A DNA stretch of 64,000 nucleotides from an uncultured Phycisphaeraceae bacterium (GTDB lineage Bacteria > Planctomycetota > Phycisphaerae > UBA1845), in the NCBI GenBank assembly GCA_964648365.1, contig CAZYLK010000001.1, positions 762-64,761 of the forward strand, given 5' to 3'. Below the pieces are notes generated by a model that was not told where the DNA came from, did not search any database, and saw only the letters and a list, made by a program, of their open reading frames with translations. Below are positions 27,108-38,046 of the stretch, piece by piece. Position 1 is the stretch's first letter; each line of letters opens with the position of its first letter. Made by a program: the position numbers and the translations under genes.

Positions 27108-30086
27108 ATGCGGCGAGTCCCGGCCCGGAGAGGTGTCTTGCCCGACCGACTGAGCGCCGAACAGATTCGTCAGCACGCCAGCAAGATGCAGGCCGAGGAG
27201 CGCGACGCCTACCTGACGCTCGCCTGCGGCGACGATCTACAACTACGACGCCGGGTTGAGTCGCTGTTGGGCCATCACCCGCCGACGGTGGCAGCGATCC
27301 AAACCGTAACGTCGCCGCCGGGGGATCCCGACGCGACGATTCCGCAGGAGGAGGCGCGCTGGCCGGGACGGCAGCACCTCGCCCCCTCAGAGCACCCCGG
27401 CCAGACCATAAGCCGCTACACGCTGCGCGAGCAGATCGGGGAAGGGGGGTTTGGCGCCGTCTGGCTCGCCGAGCAAAAGGAACCCGTCCGGCGAGACGTT
27501 GCGCTCAAGATCATCAAGCTCGGCATGGACACCCGGCAGGTCATCGCCCGTTTCGAGCAGGAGCGACAGGCGCTGGCCGTGATGGATCACGCCAGCATCG
27601 CCAAGGTGCTCGACGCCGGAACGACCGAAACCGGACGGCCCTACTTCGTGATGGAACTCGTCAGGGGCGAGCGGATCACGGACTACTGCGATCGGAACAG
27701 GCTCTCCATCGCCGCGCGGCTGGAGCTGTTCATGCAGGTGTGCCACGCGGTGCAGCACGCCCACCACAAGGGCATCATCCACCGCGACATCAAGCCGTCG
27801 AACGTGCTCGTTTCGACGCAGGACGGCCGGCCGCTGGCGAAGGTCATCGACTTCGGCATCGCGAAGGCCACGGCCGCGCGGCTGACGGACAAGACCCTTT
27901 ACACCGAGCAGCGCACGCTCATCGGCACGCCGGAGTACATGAGTCCCGAGCAGGCGGAAGGGCTCATCGACATCGACTCGCGGACCGACGTCTATTCGCT
28001 GGGAGTGCTGCTCTATGTGCTGCTGACCGGTGTGACGCCGTTCGATTCCAGGTCGTTGCGATCGGCGGTGCCGGGCGAATTGCAACGCTTCATCCGCGAA
28101 GTCGATCCGCCGAAGCCCAGCACGCGGCTCAGCCAGTCGGCCCAGACACTGGAAGGTATCGCCGCCAGCCGCCGAATCGAGCCGCGACGGCTCAGCTCTA
28201 CCATCCGCGGAGAACTTGACTGGATCGTGATGAAATCGCTGGAGAAGGACCGAGCCCGCCGTTACGAGACGGCGAATGGTCTGGCGATGGACATCCAGCG
28301 CTATCTCAGCGGAGCGCCTGTCGTCGCGGCGCCGCCCAGCACGGCCTATCTGATGAAAAAGTTCGTCCGCCGCCATCGCGGCAGCGTCACGGCGGCCGCG
28401 GCCGTGGCAATGGCGCTGGTCACAGGCATCGTCGGCTTCGCCTGGCAGGCGACCGTCGCGCGCGATCAGCGCGACCGCGCGGTCCGCGCCGAAGGCGAGG
28501 CTCGCAAGCGAGCGGAAGAACTCAAAGTCGTCTCCGAGTTTCAGGAGCGGATGCTCAGACAGGTGGACCCCACCAGCGCGGGCGTCCTGCTGTCCGACGA
28601 CGTGATCACGAAGTTTGAGCAGGCCCTGGCTGCCACGCTCCCGCCGGTGCCCGAAGCTGAACGGGCGGCGCAATTGGAGCAGTTTCGCCGCCTGTGGCAG
28701 CGCGTGAATGCCACCGACGCCGCCCGCGACCTGATCGACCAGACCATCCTCCGTCCGGCGATCATCGCGATCGACAAGCAGTTCAAGCAGCAGCCGCTGG
28801 TCGATGCGCAACTGCGTCAGGTGCTGGCCGATCGCTACGTGGATCTCGGGCTGTATGACGCCGCGCTGCCGCTGCAAACCAGCGCGCTGGCGACGCGCCG
28901 GGGCGCTTTGGCGGAAGACGATCCCTCCTTGCTTGCGTCACAGGTTGGTATGGGTCGGGTGCTGCACGCACGAGGCGACCTCGATGAGGCCGAAGGCCAT
29001 CTCCGCGACGCGTTGGAAAAGTGCGAGCGCACCCTCGGCAAGGACCACCCGGACACGCTTCATGCGATGATCGAACTGGGGGATCTTCTGCGCGACCAGG
29101 GAAAGCTGGATGAGGCCGCACCATACCTGTACGCGGCGATGGAAACGTCGCGCCGCCTGCTGGGTGACGACGATCCCGACACGATCACGGCGATCAGCAA
29201 TGTCGGCATATTGCTGCACTCGCAGCGTAAGCTCAGCGAGGCGGAACCTCTTCAGCGCGAGGTGATGGAGAAGCGCCGACGGGTACTCGGCGAGGATGAC
29301 CCGAGCACGTTAATCGCCATCGGCAACCTGGGAAATCTCCTGCGCGACCTGGGCAAACTCGACGAGGCGGAACCGTACCTGCGCGAGGCGATGGAAGGTC
29401 GCCGGCGCGTTCTGGGCGAAGAGCACATGCTCACGCTCAACTCGATCAACAACCTCGCCGTCCTGCTGCGGGCCCGGGGCAAGCTCAGTGAGGCCGAGCC
29501 CTACGTTCGCGAGACGCTGGAAAAACTACGCCGCGTGCTCGGCGATGAGCACCCGGCCACACTGGTCGTGATGAGCAATCTCGGGGGCATTCTGCGCGAC
29601 GAAGGAAAGCTCGAGGAAGCCGAGCCGTTCGTACGCGAGGCGCTGGAGAAGCGCCGGCGCCTCCTGGGCGATGCCCACCGCGGCACGCTCCTCTCCACGC
29701 TGACCATGGGCTCCCTGCTGGAGGCTCAGGGCAAGTTTGCCGACGCGGAGGAACTGCTGGCCGCCAACGAGGAGCACTTTCGGGCCGCCTTCACCGGGTC
29801 CGACGCCTGGCAGTTCGCCGGGATGCTGGTGACGCTGTCCAAGGTGCGGATGGCGCAGGGCGAGTACGCCGCCGCGGAGGCAAACCTGCTCGAAGCCCAC
29901 GGGCTGTTCGCCCAGACCCCGGGCCCTTTCCCAGGCCGGCAGCTCGACTGCGTCCGAAAACTCGTGGACCTCTACGCCGCGTGGCACGAGGCTGACCCCG
30001 GCGCAGGCCACGACGCGGCGGGAGCGGAGTGGCGGGAGCAATTGGACGCCGCCGCGGGGGACGAGCCGCTGGCGGAGGGCGAGTAG
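27108..30086 (+). CDS. Hanks-type Ser/Thr protein kinase with TM segment and long C-terminal TPR array
   Basis: GEGGFGAVWLA, VALKII, HRDIKPSNVL, DFGIAK and GTPEYMSPEQ motifs. These are followed by repeated LGxDHPDTL / LxEAEPxxREAL TPR units. Confidence 0.9.
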   Translation: MRRVPARRGVLPDRLSAEQIRQHASKMQAEERDAYLTLACGDDLQLRRRVESLLGHHPPTVAAIQTVTSPPGDPDATIPQEEARWPGRQHLAPSEHPGQTISRYTLREQIGEGGFGAVWLAEQKEPVRRDVALKIIKLGMDTRQVIARFEQERQALAVMDHASIAKVLDAGTTETGRPYFVMELVRGERITDYCDRNRLSIAARLELFMQVCHAVQHAHHKGIIHRDIKPSNVLVSTQDGRPLAKVIDFGIAKATAARLTDKTLYTEQRTLIGTPEYMSPEQAEGLIDIDSRTDVYSLGVLLYVLLTGVTPFDSRSLRSAVPGELQRFIREVDPPKPSTRLSQSAQTLEGIAASRRIEPRRLSSTIRGELDWIVMKSLEKDRARRYETANGLAMDIQRYLSGAPVVAAPPSTAYLMKKFVRRHRGSVTAAAAVAMALVTGIVGFAWQATVARDQRDRAVRAEGEARKRAEELKVVSEFQERMLRQVDPTSAGVLLSDDVITKFEQALAATLPPVPEAERAAQLEQFRRLWQRVNATDAARDLIDQTILRPAIIAIDKQFKQQPLVDAQLRQVLADRYVDLGLYDAALPLQTSALATRRGALAEDDPSLLASQVGMGRVLHARGDLDEAEGHLRDALEKCERTLGKDHPDTLHAMIELGDLLRDQGKLDEAAPYLYAAMETSRRLLGDDDPDTITAISNVGILLHSQRKLSEAEPLQREVMEKRRRVLGEDDPSTLIAIGNLGNLLRDLGKLDEAEPYLREAMEGRRRVLGEEHMLTLNSINNLAVLLRARGKLSEAEPYVRETLEKLRRVLGDEHPATLVVMSNLGGILRDEGKLEEAEPFVREALEKRRRLLGDAHRGTLLSTLTMGSLLEAQGKFADAEELLAANEEHFRAAFTGSDAWQFAGMLVTLSKVRMAQGEYAAAEANLLEAHGLFAQTPGPFPGRQLDCVRKLVDLYAAWHEADPGAGHDAAGAEWREQLDAAAGDEPLAEGE

Positions 30087-30232
30087 TGCAGGAGACTCCG
30101 CATCCGCCGGGCCTCGGCGCGATCCCGTGCTGCCACGCGATCCGCCGGAGGTACCACTCTGACGGCCAAGATGTACTAATTCGTCGAATTAGCGCAAGTA
30201 TACTTTACTTGGCGCCGATCAATAGGTAGTTT

Positions 30233-31693
30233 ATGCCTATGATCGCCTCACGAGCCGAGCTCTTCGCGGTGCTGCGCCAGTTCAACCCCTGGTGGCGGGG
30301 GCGGCGATTCCCGGACCTCCCGGACTGGCACCGGGCGGCGCTTCGGCAGATTTTAGCGTGGGCCGACGAACCGCCGGGTGGGCGTGCGCTCCTGCTCTCC
30401 GGTGCCCGCCAGGTCGGCAAGACGACGCTTTTCCTCCAAGCGATCGACCACCTGCTCGAGCATGACGTCCCACCCGCGAACGTGCTCTATGCCACGTTTG
30501 ATCATCCTCTGTTGAAGCTGGCCGGGTTGGAGGCCGTGATGCGGCTTTGGCGTGAGTATGAGCCGGCGCAGCCGGGCGCGGAATTCCTGTTCCTGGACGA
30601 GATCCAGATGACCAAGGACTGGCAGACCTGGATCAAGCACCAGGTTGACTTTGCCAAGGGACGTCGCGTCGCCGTGACCGGCTCGGCGACGCCGCTGGTT
30701 CGCGAGGGCCAGGAGTCGGGCGTCGGGCGATGGCAGACGATTCGTCTGGCAACGCTTTCGTTCTACGAGTATCTCCAACTGAATAAGCTACAGATCCCCG
30801 AACTGCCCGAGGGTCGATCACTACGCGAGATGTTCGGATGGAGTCCGCCGCAATTGGCTCAGCTTGCCGAAGACGCCCGGCCGCTGACCGCCCACTTCCA
30901 TGAATACCTCCTTCGCGGCGGCTTCCCGCAGACGGCGCTCAAGCGGAGCATCCCGGAGGCTCAGAAGCTGATGCGTGAGGACATCGTCGACAAGGTGCTC
31001 AAGCGCGACATGACTGCCCTGTTCGGCGTGCGGCGTATTCTCGAACTGGAGCAATTGTTTCTGTACCTGTGCCTGCATGACGGGGGTCAGCTTGACGTCG
31101 CCGAACTTTGCTCCGCGCTGGAGATGAAGCGCCCCACCGTCAACAGCTTTCTCGACCTTCTTGAGGCAACGCACCTCGTGTATCGCCTGAGGCCGTTCGG
31201 TTACGGCAAGCAGGTGCTGCGCGGGCGTCCGAAGTTCTACCTGGCGGACGCCGCCATCGCGCCGGGGGTGATGCTGAAAGGCAAGAGTCTTCTTGAGGAC
31301 GCGCCCGCACTCGGACGCGCCGTGGAGACGGCCTTCTTCAAGCACGTCTTCACTCGCTACTACACGCAGAGCATCGGCTTCTCCTATTGGCGTGGAAAGC
31401 ATGGCCACGAGGTAGACATCATCGCCGATGTCGAGGGTGAGCTGGTTCCGTTTGAGATCAAGTACAGAGAGCGTACGCACACGGGCACCGCCGAACTGAA
31501 GGGGATCGTCGAGTTCTGCCAAGCCCGCGGCGTCGAACGCGGCTACGTGATCACGCGCGACCCGACCGATTTTTCAGTTCACGACGTTGACCACGATGCT
31601 GGTCGCACAAGGCTGCTGACGATCCCCGCGCCGCTGGCGTGCTTCTGGTTGGGGCGATCGGAGTTGTCGGGGCCGGCAGTTGACAGTGCGTGA
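30233..31693 (+). CDS. AAA ATPase of the DUF4143 / COG1373 type
   Basis: FNPWWRG N-terminal motif, Walker A GARQVGKTT and Walker B FLFLDEIQ. The C-terminal GHEVDII...FEIKY is a restriction-endonuclease-like segment. Confidence 0.8.
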   Translation: MPMIASRAELFAVLRQFNPWWRGRRFPDLPDWHRAALRQILAWADEPPGGRALLLSGARQVGKTTLFLQAIDHLLEHDVPPANVLYATFDHPLLKLAGLEAVMRLWREYEPAQPGAEFLFLDEIQMTKDWQTWIKHQVDFAKGRRVAVTGSATPLVREGQESGVGRWQTIRLATLSFYEYLQLNKLQIPELPEGRSLREMFGWSPPQLAQLAEDARPLTAHFHEYLLRGGFPQTALKRSIPEAQKLMREDIVDKVLKRDMTALFGVRRILELEQLFLYLCLHDGGQLDVAELCSALEMKRPTVNSFLDLLEATHLVYRLRPFGYGKQVLRGRPKFYLADAAIAPGVMLKGKSLLEDAPALGRAVETAFFKHVFTRYYTQSIGFSYWRGKHGHEVDIIADVEGELVPFEIKYRERTHTGTAELKGIVEFCQARGVERGYVITRDPTDFSVHDVDHDAGRTRLLTIPAPLACFWLGRSELSGPAVDSA

Positions 31694-31707
31694 CGTGAGT
31701 TCGCTGC

Positions 31708-32973
31708 TCAACTCCGGACCGCCATCGATCGCGCCGCGCGCAGGTCGTCGTGCTCGAACGCAGTTGCCATACGTTCGATCTGACTGGCCGTAAGACCGAG
31801 TCCGGCAGCTACTTCGCGCCAGCGCCCGACGGCGTGCCCGACTTCGCCGGTGACCGACCGAGCCTCGACCGGCGGCAGCTCGAAGTACGATGCAACACTC
31901 AACGCGAGCTCCAACGAGGCCGTGCAGTCTTCCGTGTCAATGGCGGTCGTCAGAATGCGCGGCTTGACGTCGACCGGCACCGGATTCAGATCATAAGCGG
32001 GGGACAGTTTCCAGCCGTTCTGTCCCTCGTACAGGAAGCCATGATTGCGAAGATGATCGTCACAGTTGGAGATCAGCACGCTGAACACGATCCGCCGCCA
32101 GACGGCCTGCATGTCCTCTCTGGGTGTCGCGCCGTACTGCCGCAGTGCATCGGCGAACTCCAGGTAACTCCGTGTTTCTCCATCGGCCGCGCCAAGCATG
32201 CTCATCGCGGACAGGAACGGGATCCTTCCCTGTCCGGAGCGGTCAAACCGGGTGAGCAGCAGCACGACCCTGCCCGCGGCCACTTCGATGCGCCAATCCG
32301 GAACCCAAATGCCTGCCATTCCCGCCAGGCTCAGGGCTACCGCTTCCCATCGCACCGTGTCATAGTCGTCGTCCTTGTGCGGGAATTTGGCGATCGCCAG
32401 TCGGCCGTCTTTGTCACGCACGGACGCCTTCGGCCGTGCGCCGCCCAGCGACGACCCCGGAGCGAGCAGGAGGCGCAGATCCTCGTCAGTGTCCGACTCT
32501 GCGCCGACCCGCTCGGCAGCAGACAGCAACTTCGGCAGATCGACGAGCGGCGGAATGGGGGTTGCATCACCCGCCGCGAGGGACGGGCCACCGGGCTCCA
32601 GCGCGAAGCGCAGGGCGCCCTGTCGCGCCGCGTCACTGACCATCAGGAGGTAGTCGATCTCCCGCAACGACCGTGGCGTCGTCCCGGTACGTTCCGCACG
32701 GCGTCGCTCAGCGCGCCGCATCAGCACGCGTCCCCACCGATCCGGCGCAGAATCTCCGAGCGCGCCGAACATGACCCTGTCGGCCGCAGTGTGAAACGGA
32801 CCGGGGCCGAGCTGCAGAGCAGGCTCCAGCGCGAAGCGTTCCGGATGCTTCAGCCACGCTGCGTCGTACTCGAAGCTCGCGCTTTCACGGCCCTTACGCG
32901 TGCGCGCCCACAGACGGCCCACCGGCACCGCCTCCCCGCCCAGATCAACGTAAACAAGGGCTTCCGTGTCCAT
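31708..32973 (-). CDS. hipA: HipA-family toxin kinase
   Basis: 421-aa ORF with the N-terminal coupling domain (LVYVDLGGEAVPVGRLW) and kinase core (GGARPKASV..., DDHLRNHGFL). It is preceded by an XRE gene. Confidence 0.85.
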   Translation of the reverse strand: MDTEALVYVDLGGEAVPVGRLWARTRKGRESASFEYDAAWLKHPERFALEPALQLGPGPFHTAADRVMFGALGDSAPDRWGRVLMRRAERRRAERTGTTPRSLREIDYLLMVSDAARQGALRFALEPGGPSLAAGDATPIPPLVDLPKLLSAAERVGAESDTDEDLRLLLAPGSSLGGARPKASVRDKDGRLAIAKFPHKDDDYDTVRWEAVALSLAGMAGIWVPDWRIEVAAGRVVLLLTRFDRSGQGRIPFLSAMSMLGAADGETRSYLEFADALRQYGATPREDMQAVWRRIVFSVLISNCDDHLRNHGFLYEGQNGWKLSPAYDLNPVPVDVKPRILTTAIDTEDCTASLELALSVASYFELPPVEARSVTGEVGHAVGRWREVAAGLGLTASQIERMATAFEHDDLRAARSMAVRS

Positions 32974-32981
32974 CAGCGTCC

Positions 32982-33311
32982 CTAGGTCTCGCCGGAAGGG
33001 CCGGACGTGCGTTTCGTCCGCCGACGAATCCGCTGCGGCAGGCGCTCCTCGTCCAGTTCCAGCCCGACCGAATCGGTCGTCACGTCGGCAAGTGTGGCCA
33101 GTCGATCCGACAGACCCAGGACGAACAGCACCGTGGCGTAATTGCCCAGCGAAACGCCGGGATGGCCCTTTTCAATCTTGCTGAGCGTCGTCCGGCTGAT
33201 CGACGCACGCTCCGCCATCACCGACGTGGCGATCCGCCGTCGCAGCCGAGCGTCGCGGATATCCCGGCCCAGCCTGTGGAGGGCTTGCTTGACCGGGATG
33301 GGCAGCTTCAT
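32982..33311 (-). CDS. hipB: HipB-like XRE antitoxin/repressor
   Basis: HTH MAERASISRTTLSKIEKG. It lies 9 nt upstream of hipA. The start was set to ATG 33311. Confidence 0.8.
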   Translation of the reverse strand: MKLPIPVKQALHRLGRDIRDARLRRRIATSVMAERASISRTTLSKIEKGHPGVSLGNYATVLFVLGLSDRLATLADVTTDSVGLELDEERLPQRIRRRTKRTSGPSGET

Positions 33312-33368
33312 GTCGCGTCGGTGTGCGTCCATTCTGTAGCGTCCATGAATGCGCTCGTAATTGGTTGT

Positions 33369-33397
33369 AATGTATGCTATAATGGACGTAAAGTCAA
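33369..33397 (-). promoter_or_regulatory. Candidate sigma-70-type promoter for hipBA (TTGACT-17 nt-TACATT on minus strand) with flanking GCGTCCAT repeats
   Basis: agtcaa at 33392-33397 and aatgta at 33369-33374 on the plus strand. GCGTCCAT or its complement occurs at about 33326, 33339 and 33382, making these possible HipB operators. Confidence 0.3.
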
Positions 33398-33607
33398 GAC
33401 GCTCGCGTCCGGCGCGTTCGACGAGTTATCGGGCCAGCCAGCTTCGCGCGCGATAGCCAGCCCTATTCCAGCTCTGGTTCAGTGTTCAGTCGGGTGCCGT
33501 TGACGCGCCCTGCAGCAGTCCCGCACGGTTGAGGATCGCCGGCTCCCGTACGGCTCGACACGCCGATTCGGAGGACTCGTGCCGGACTTTCTTGAGGTGA
33601 TTCCGCG

Positions 33608-33850
33608 CTACGTTGGCTTCCGCCGCTCGGAGGGCTTCCCGTTGCCAACCCCGATCGACGCGACGAGCAACAGGTCGATGACCTTCGCAGACTCGTCGGA
33701 CACCGCGACGTAGATGGTCCGACTGGCTCTGGGCGGATACCAGAGGAACTCTGGATGCGGCACGCTTACCTCATCGCCGTTGGCCAACTGCAGCTTGAAC
33801 GGCTGAAACGGCTCCGCCCGGTGAACTTCGCGCAGTTGGTCGATTGTCAC
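33608..33850 (-). CDS. Small hypothetical protein (80 aa)
   Basis: ORF with a GTG start. The sequence MTIDQLREVHRAEPFQPFKLQLANGDEVSVPHPEFL has protein-like composition. I cannot name a family. Confidence 0.45.
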   Translation of the reverse strand: MTIDQLREVHRAEPFQPFKLQLANGDEVSVPHPEFLWYPPRASRTIYVAVSDESAKVIDLLLVASIGVGNGKPSERRKPT

Positions 33851-33896
33851 GCGTGCCTCCGTCCCGGCTCAGACGCGCACACATGGCGCCCTCTGT

Positions 33897-33937
33897 CATT
33901 CGACATTCGCCATTCGCCATTCGCCATTCGCCATTCA
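33897..33937. repeat. Family B octamer array 2 nt downstream of rpoD stop
   Basis: The plus strand reads cattcgacattcgccattcgccattcgccattcgccattca. The minus sense reads GAATGGCG units. Confidence 0.9.
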
Positions 33938-33939
33938 AC

Positions 33940-35655
33940 CTACACCGCCTGCGGCTCATCCGGGCTGAGCGTGTCCAGGAAGCCCTCCAGCTTCCGCGCG
34001 CGGACCGGGTGCTGGAGCTTGCGGATGGCTTTGGCTTCGACCTGCCGCACGCGCTCGCGGGTGACCTTGAAGATTTTGCCGACCTCTTCCAGTGTGTAGG
34101 TGTAGCCGTCGCCGATGCCGTAGCGGAGCTTGATGATCTCGCGCTCGCGGTAGGTGAGCGTCTTGAGCACCTCTTCGATCCGGTCGCGGAGCATCTCGCT
34201 GCCGGCCGTGGTGATGGGCGACTCGGCCGCGTCGTCTTCGACGAAATCGCCGAAGTAGGAGTCCTCGCTCTCACCGACCGGGCGGTCCAGCGAGATGGGC
34301 TGGCGCGAAATCTTCAGCACGCGCCGCACTTCCGACAGCGGCATCTTGGCCTTCTTGGCGATCTCGTCGATGGTCGGCTCGCGGCCCAGATCCTGGAGCA
34401 ACTCGCGGTGCATGTTGCGCAGCCGGCTCATCGTCTCGATCATGTGGACCGGGATGCGGATGGTGCGGGCATGATCGGCGATGGCGCGGGTGATGGCCTG
34501 ACGAATCCACCACGTCGCATACGTGCTGAACTTGTAGCCGCGCTTGTACTCGTACTTGTCGACGGCGCGCATCAGTCCCGTGTTGCCCTCCTGGATGATG
34601 TCGAGGAAGGACAGGCCGCGGTTGCGGTATTTCTTGGCGATGCTGACCACCAGGCGCAGGTTGCCGCCGGAGAGTTGCCGCTTGGCGTGCTCGTACTCGC
34701 CGAAGACTCGCTGGATCGACTTGAGTGATTCGCCCAGATCCTTCGGCTTGGCCAGGCACAGCGACTGGATCCCCGCCAGTTCCTCCTTCATGGCGACCAG
34801 GTCTTCGTACGGAATCGACTGCCGCTTGGACTGGCCCGAGAGCCGGCGTTCAAGCTGAAGCATCTTGGAGTGCAGGCCGCGGGCCCGCTTCATCAGGGGC
34901 TGGATGCGACTGGTCCGCAGCGAAAGCTCTTCCAGCAGCTTGGCGACCCGGCGGCACCGCTGCTTCATGGCTTTCTGGATTTCCTTCTTCTTCGCGGCCG
35001 CCACGCGCGGCGCGTTCAGCTCCTCCCAGGCTTCCTCGTTCTTGTCGAGCATGGCTCGGACGCTGGCGAGGTTGCCGGGCATGCGGGTGAGGATGCGGGT
35101 CTTGGCGGCGTGCTCCGACGTGGAGATTTTCATCGTCCGGTCGAACGGCAGCCGGCTGTCCTGCACCTGTTCGAGGATGTCGACGGCCAGGCGCGAGGCG
35201 TAGTGAATTTCGAGCACTTTCTGGCGGAACGCCATGCGGGTCAGCTCGATCTTCTTGGCGAGGCGGATTTCCTCGTCCCGCGTCAGCAGCGGGATCTCGC
35301 CCATCTGGGTGAGGTACATCCGGACCGGGTCGTCGATGCGCTTGCCCGACGACTCGGCGGCCGGCGCCGACTCCTCGTGGGAGGACTCGTCCGTGCCGTC
35401 GCCCTCGCCACGGCCCTTGCCCTTGTTGGGCCGGCGACGGCGTTCGAAGGCGATGGCATCGAGTTCGTCAAGAACCTCGATTTTCGCCTCTTCAAATCGC
35501 GCAAGAAGCTGCTCGACCACGTCCCGGTCGATCGCGTCGTCCGGGAGGACGTTGTTCATGTCGTCCCAGGTGACGTACCCGCGCTGCGCTCCCCGCTCCA
35601 TCAGCGTCCCGATCGCAGCTTCGATCGGATCCGCGATGACTGCCGTTTCGCTCAT
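33940..35655 (-). CDS. rpoD: Primary sigma factor RpoD (sigma-70)
   Basis: Region 2 [27 protein letters not shown] and region 4 [27 protein letters not shown]. The ATG at 35655 was chosen over the GTG at 35670. Confidence 0.95.
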   Translation of the reverse strand: MSETAVIADPIEAAIGTLMERGAQRGYVTWDDMNNVLPDDAIDRDVVEQLLARFEEAKIEVLDELDAIAFERRRRPNKGKGRGEGDGTDESSHEESAPAAESSGKRIDDPVRMYLTQMGEIPLLTRDEEIRLAKKIELTRMAFRQKVLEIHYASRLAVDILEQVQDSRLPFDRTMKISTSEHAAKTRILTRMPGNLASVRAMLDKNEEAWEELNAPRVAAAKKKEIQKAMKQRCRRVAKLLEELSLRTSRIQPLMKRARGLHSKMLQLERRLSGQSKRQSIPYEDLVAMKEELAGIQSLCLAKPKDLGESLKSIQRVFGEYEHAKRQLSGGNLRLVVSIAKKYRNRGLSFLDIIQEGNTGLMRAVDKYEYKRGYKFSTYATWWIRQAITRAIADHARTIRIPVHMIETMSRLRNMHRELLQDLGREPTIDEIAKKAKMPLSEVRRVLKISRQPISLDRPVGESEDSYFGDFVEDDAAESPITTAGSEMLRDRIEEVLKTLTYREREIIKLRYGIGDGYTYTLEEVGKIFKVTRERVRQVEAKAIRKLQHPVRARKLEGFLDTLSPDEPQAV

Positions 35656-35851
35656 TGAAGAAGACTCCACTCTCTCTCGCCGCCCTGTCTTAATGAAATC
35701 TTAATGTCCTTGATACGCCGCCGTGCCCCGGTTGCACAATGGTGATTATGCCGCAAATTGCCAGGTCAGAAGCGATCTGTTCCACCACCGTTGCCGCTGT
35801 CTCGATACCCTCGAGCCCTGCCGTTGCTTCCGCCGATCGGATGCCGTCGCG

Positions 35852-37672
35852 CTACGGCGACGGCGGCGGACCGGGCTCCGCACCCGTCCCGGAAAGCGTC
35901 CGGATCACGCGAGACTTCCTTGCCCCCAGAAACCTCGATCCCCGTCGCGCGTGTTCTCCCACGAGCGCCAGGTCGCTACGGTTATCATCCACGAGGCGTC
36001 GCCTCGCAATTTCCTCCAGCCGGAAGCGGGCTGCTTCGATCAGGCCGGCAAAGTCGCTGTCCGCCGGACGCCGCGTCGCCAGGTCGGTGACCCGCGCGGC
36101 CAGATCCGGCTCTTCACACAGCGAGAGCACCTCCGAGAGGTGAAACTCGCCGAAGTCATCTGCCATGCGGCGGACCATCTGTCCGATACGCCGGTCGCGC
36201 GCATCCGCCAGCCGGTCGGGCTCAAACACTTCCCGACACGTCTCCAGAAGCGCAGGTTCATTCAGAAGGACTTCCAGAATCTGGGTCAGTCCCGCCTGTT
36301 CCGCGTCGGTCGGCCGGGTATCGCGCGACGAAGCCCCCTCCGGAGCCGTCCGCCCCGACGGACGGCGGCGTCGAAGGTGCTCCCTCAGGAGCTTCTCCGC
36401 CTCGTCCGGCGTCATGTGGACGATCCGTGCGACCGGATCCAGGAGCGTGCCTCGGTCGACATCAGGCACGGCGCCCGAAATCAACGCGTCGGCGACCAGC
36501 TCGAAGACCTCGTCAACAGCCTCCCGCCTGCGGCGACCGTCCGCCTCTTCCCCGAAGCGCTGGCGCGTCCGCCGCCACTTGAATTCTAGCGCGTCCTCGG
36601 CCGAATTCAAAACGCCCATAAACTTCTCAGCCGACTGCGTTTGGAAGAACTCAGCCGGGTCTTTGCCGTCCGGAATCCGGGTCAGCTTGACTGTCAGGTG
36701 CCGGGGCATGGCCACGCGGATGGCCCGTTCCGCGGCCGCGTCCCCGGCGGCGTCCGCGTCGAACAGGACGACCACCGTTTCGGCATAGCGCCGGAGCAGG
36801 TCGACCTGCTGGTCGGTCAGGGCCGTCCCCAGCGTGGCGACCGTCTCCGTGAAACCGGCCTGGTGCGCCGCCAAGCAATCCGTGTACCCCTCGACCAGGA
36901 TTGACCGCTTCCGCTCGCCGATCGGCCCGCGGGCCAGGTGGATCCCATAGAGGTTGCGACCCTTGTCAAACAGGGCATTCTGGCGCGTGTTGAGATACTT
37001 GGCCGGGTCATCGGCCAGCGTCCGGCCGCCGAAACCGATCGTGCGGTTCATCACGTCGTGAATCGGGAACATGAGCCGGTTGCGAAAGGTGCAGTACAGG
37101 CCGCGCTCGTTGGTACGCACGAGGTCGGCCGCCTCCAGCGCCTTGGGGACGAAGCCGGCCTGCTGGGCGGCGCCGAGCAGGGGCTCGAGTTCACCCGCCG
37201 CGAAACCCAGACCGAAGCGTTCCGCGGTCTGGCCGCTGATGTTCCGACCCGCCACGTACTGCCGTGCGTGGGCGGCGGCCGGCGACGAGGCCAACTCCCG
37301 CCGGAAGAACGTCAACGCCCACGCGCAGACTTTGGCGACGTCTGCGCGGCCGGGTTCACCCGCGGGCCGCGGGCGGCCGGTCAGGTGCATCTCGACACCG
37401 GCGCGGTCGGCCAGGATGCGCAGCGCCTCCTTGAAGTCCACGTTCTCAGCCAGTTGGATAAACGTGAAAGCGTCGCCGCCGCGGCCGCAGCCGAAGCACT
37501 TGAAGAAGCCCTTGTCGGCGATCACGTGGAACGACGGCGTCTTCTCGGAGTGGAAGGGGCACAGGCCGATCCAGCGCCCGCCCCGCTGGCGCAGGGACAC
37601 GCGATCGCGGACGACATCCACGATGGTGATCCGTGAGAGGATCTCCGCCTTGATGGACTCAAGACTCGACAA
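35852..37672 (-). CDS. dnaG: DNA primase DnaG
   Basis: Zinc finger CPFHSEKTPSFHV...CFGCG and Toprim motif VEGYTDCL. The apparent start is a TTG at 37672. Confidence 0.92.
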   Translation of the reverse strand: MSSLESIKAEILSRITIVDVVRDRVSLRQRGGRWIGLCPFHSEKTPSFHVIADKGFFKCFGCGRGGDAFTFIQLAENVDFKEALRILADRAGVEMHLTGRPRPAGEPGRADVAKVCAWALTFFRRELASSPAAAHARQYVAGRNISGQTAERFGLGFAAGELEPLLGAAQQAGFVPKALEAADLVRTNERGLYCTFRNRLMFPIHDVMNRTIGFGGRTLADDPAKYLNTRQNALFDKGRNLYGIHLARGPIGERKRSILVEGYTDCLAAHQAGFTETVATLGTALTDQQVDLLRRYAETVVVLFDADAAGDAAAERAIRVAMPRHLTVKLTRIPDGKDPAEFFQTQSAEKFMGVLNSAEDALEFKWRRTRQRFGEEADGRRRREAVDEVFELVADALISGAVPDVDRGTLLDPVARIVHMTPDEAEKLLREHLRRRRPSGRTAPEGASSRDTRPTDAEQAGLTQILEVLLNEPALLETCREVFEPDRLADARDRRIGQMVRRMADDFGEFHLSEVLSLCEEPDLAARVTDLATRRPADSDFAGLIEAARFRLEEIARRRLVDDNRSDLALVGEHARRGSRFLGARKSRVIRTLSGTGAEPGPPPSP

Positions 37673-38046
37673 CGGGGGGAGATTCTAAAGTCTTGGGCAA
37701 TCTCGGCTCGACGGCGACCGCAGATCCTCGCGTCGGCCGGAAAAGAAAAACCGGAAGTACCGATGTCTGCCGTCGCTCCTGACGCAGACCGGGAAGTATA
37801 CACCGACATTAAGAATGCGTCAAACCGGCGCGAAGATTCCGGCAAATCTCCGGATGCTCGCGGGTGGAGCGCCGCAGCCCGGCCGAGCCGCGCACCGGCA
37901 CGTCCGCGCGGGTCGCCTGTTGAATCGCGGACACCGTTTCAAGTACGATGCTGGCACGGTTCTTGCTGGCGCGGGCGCCGCGATCTGAGCGTGTCAGCCG
38001 TCGGCGTCTGCGGCGTATCATCCGTCTGCTTGGGAGGATCACTGAA

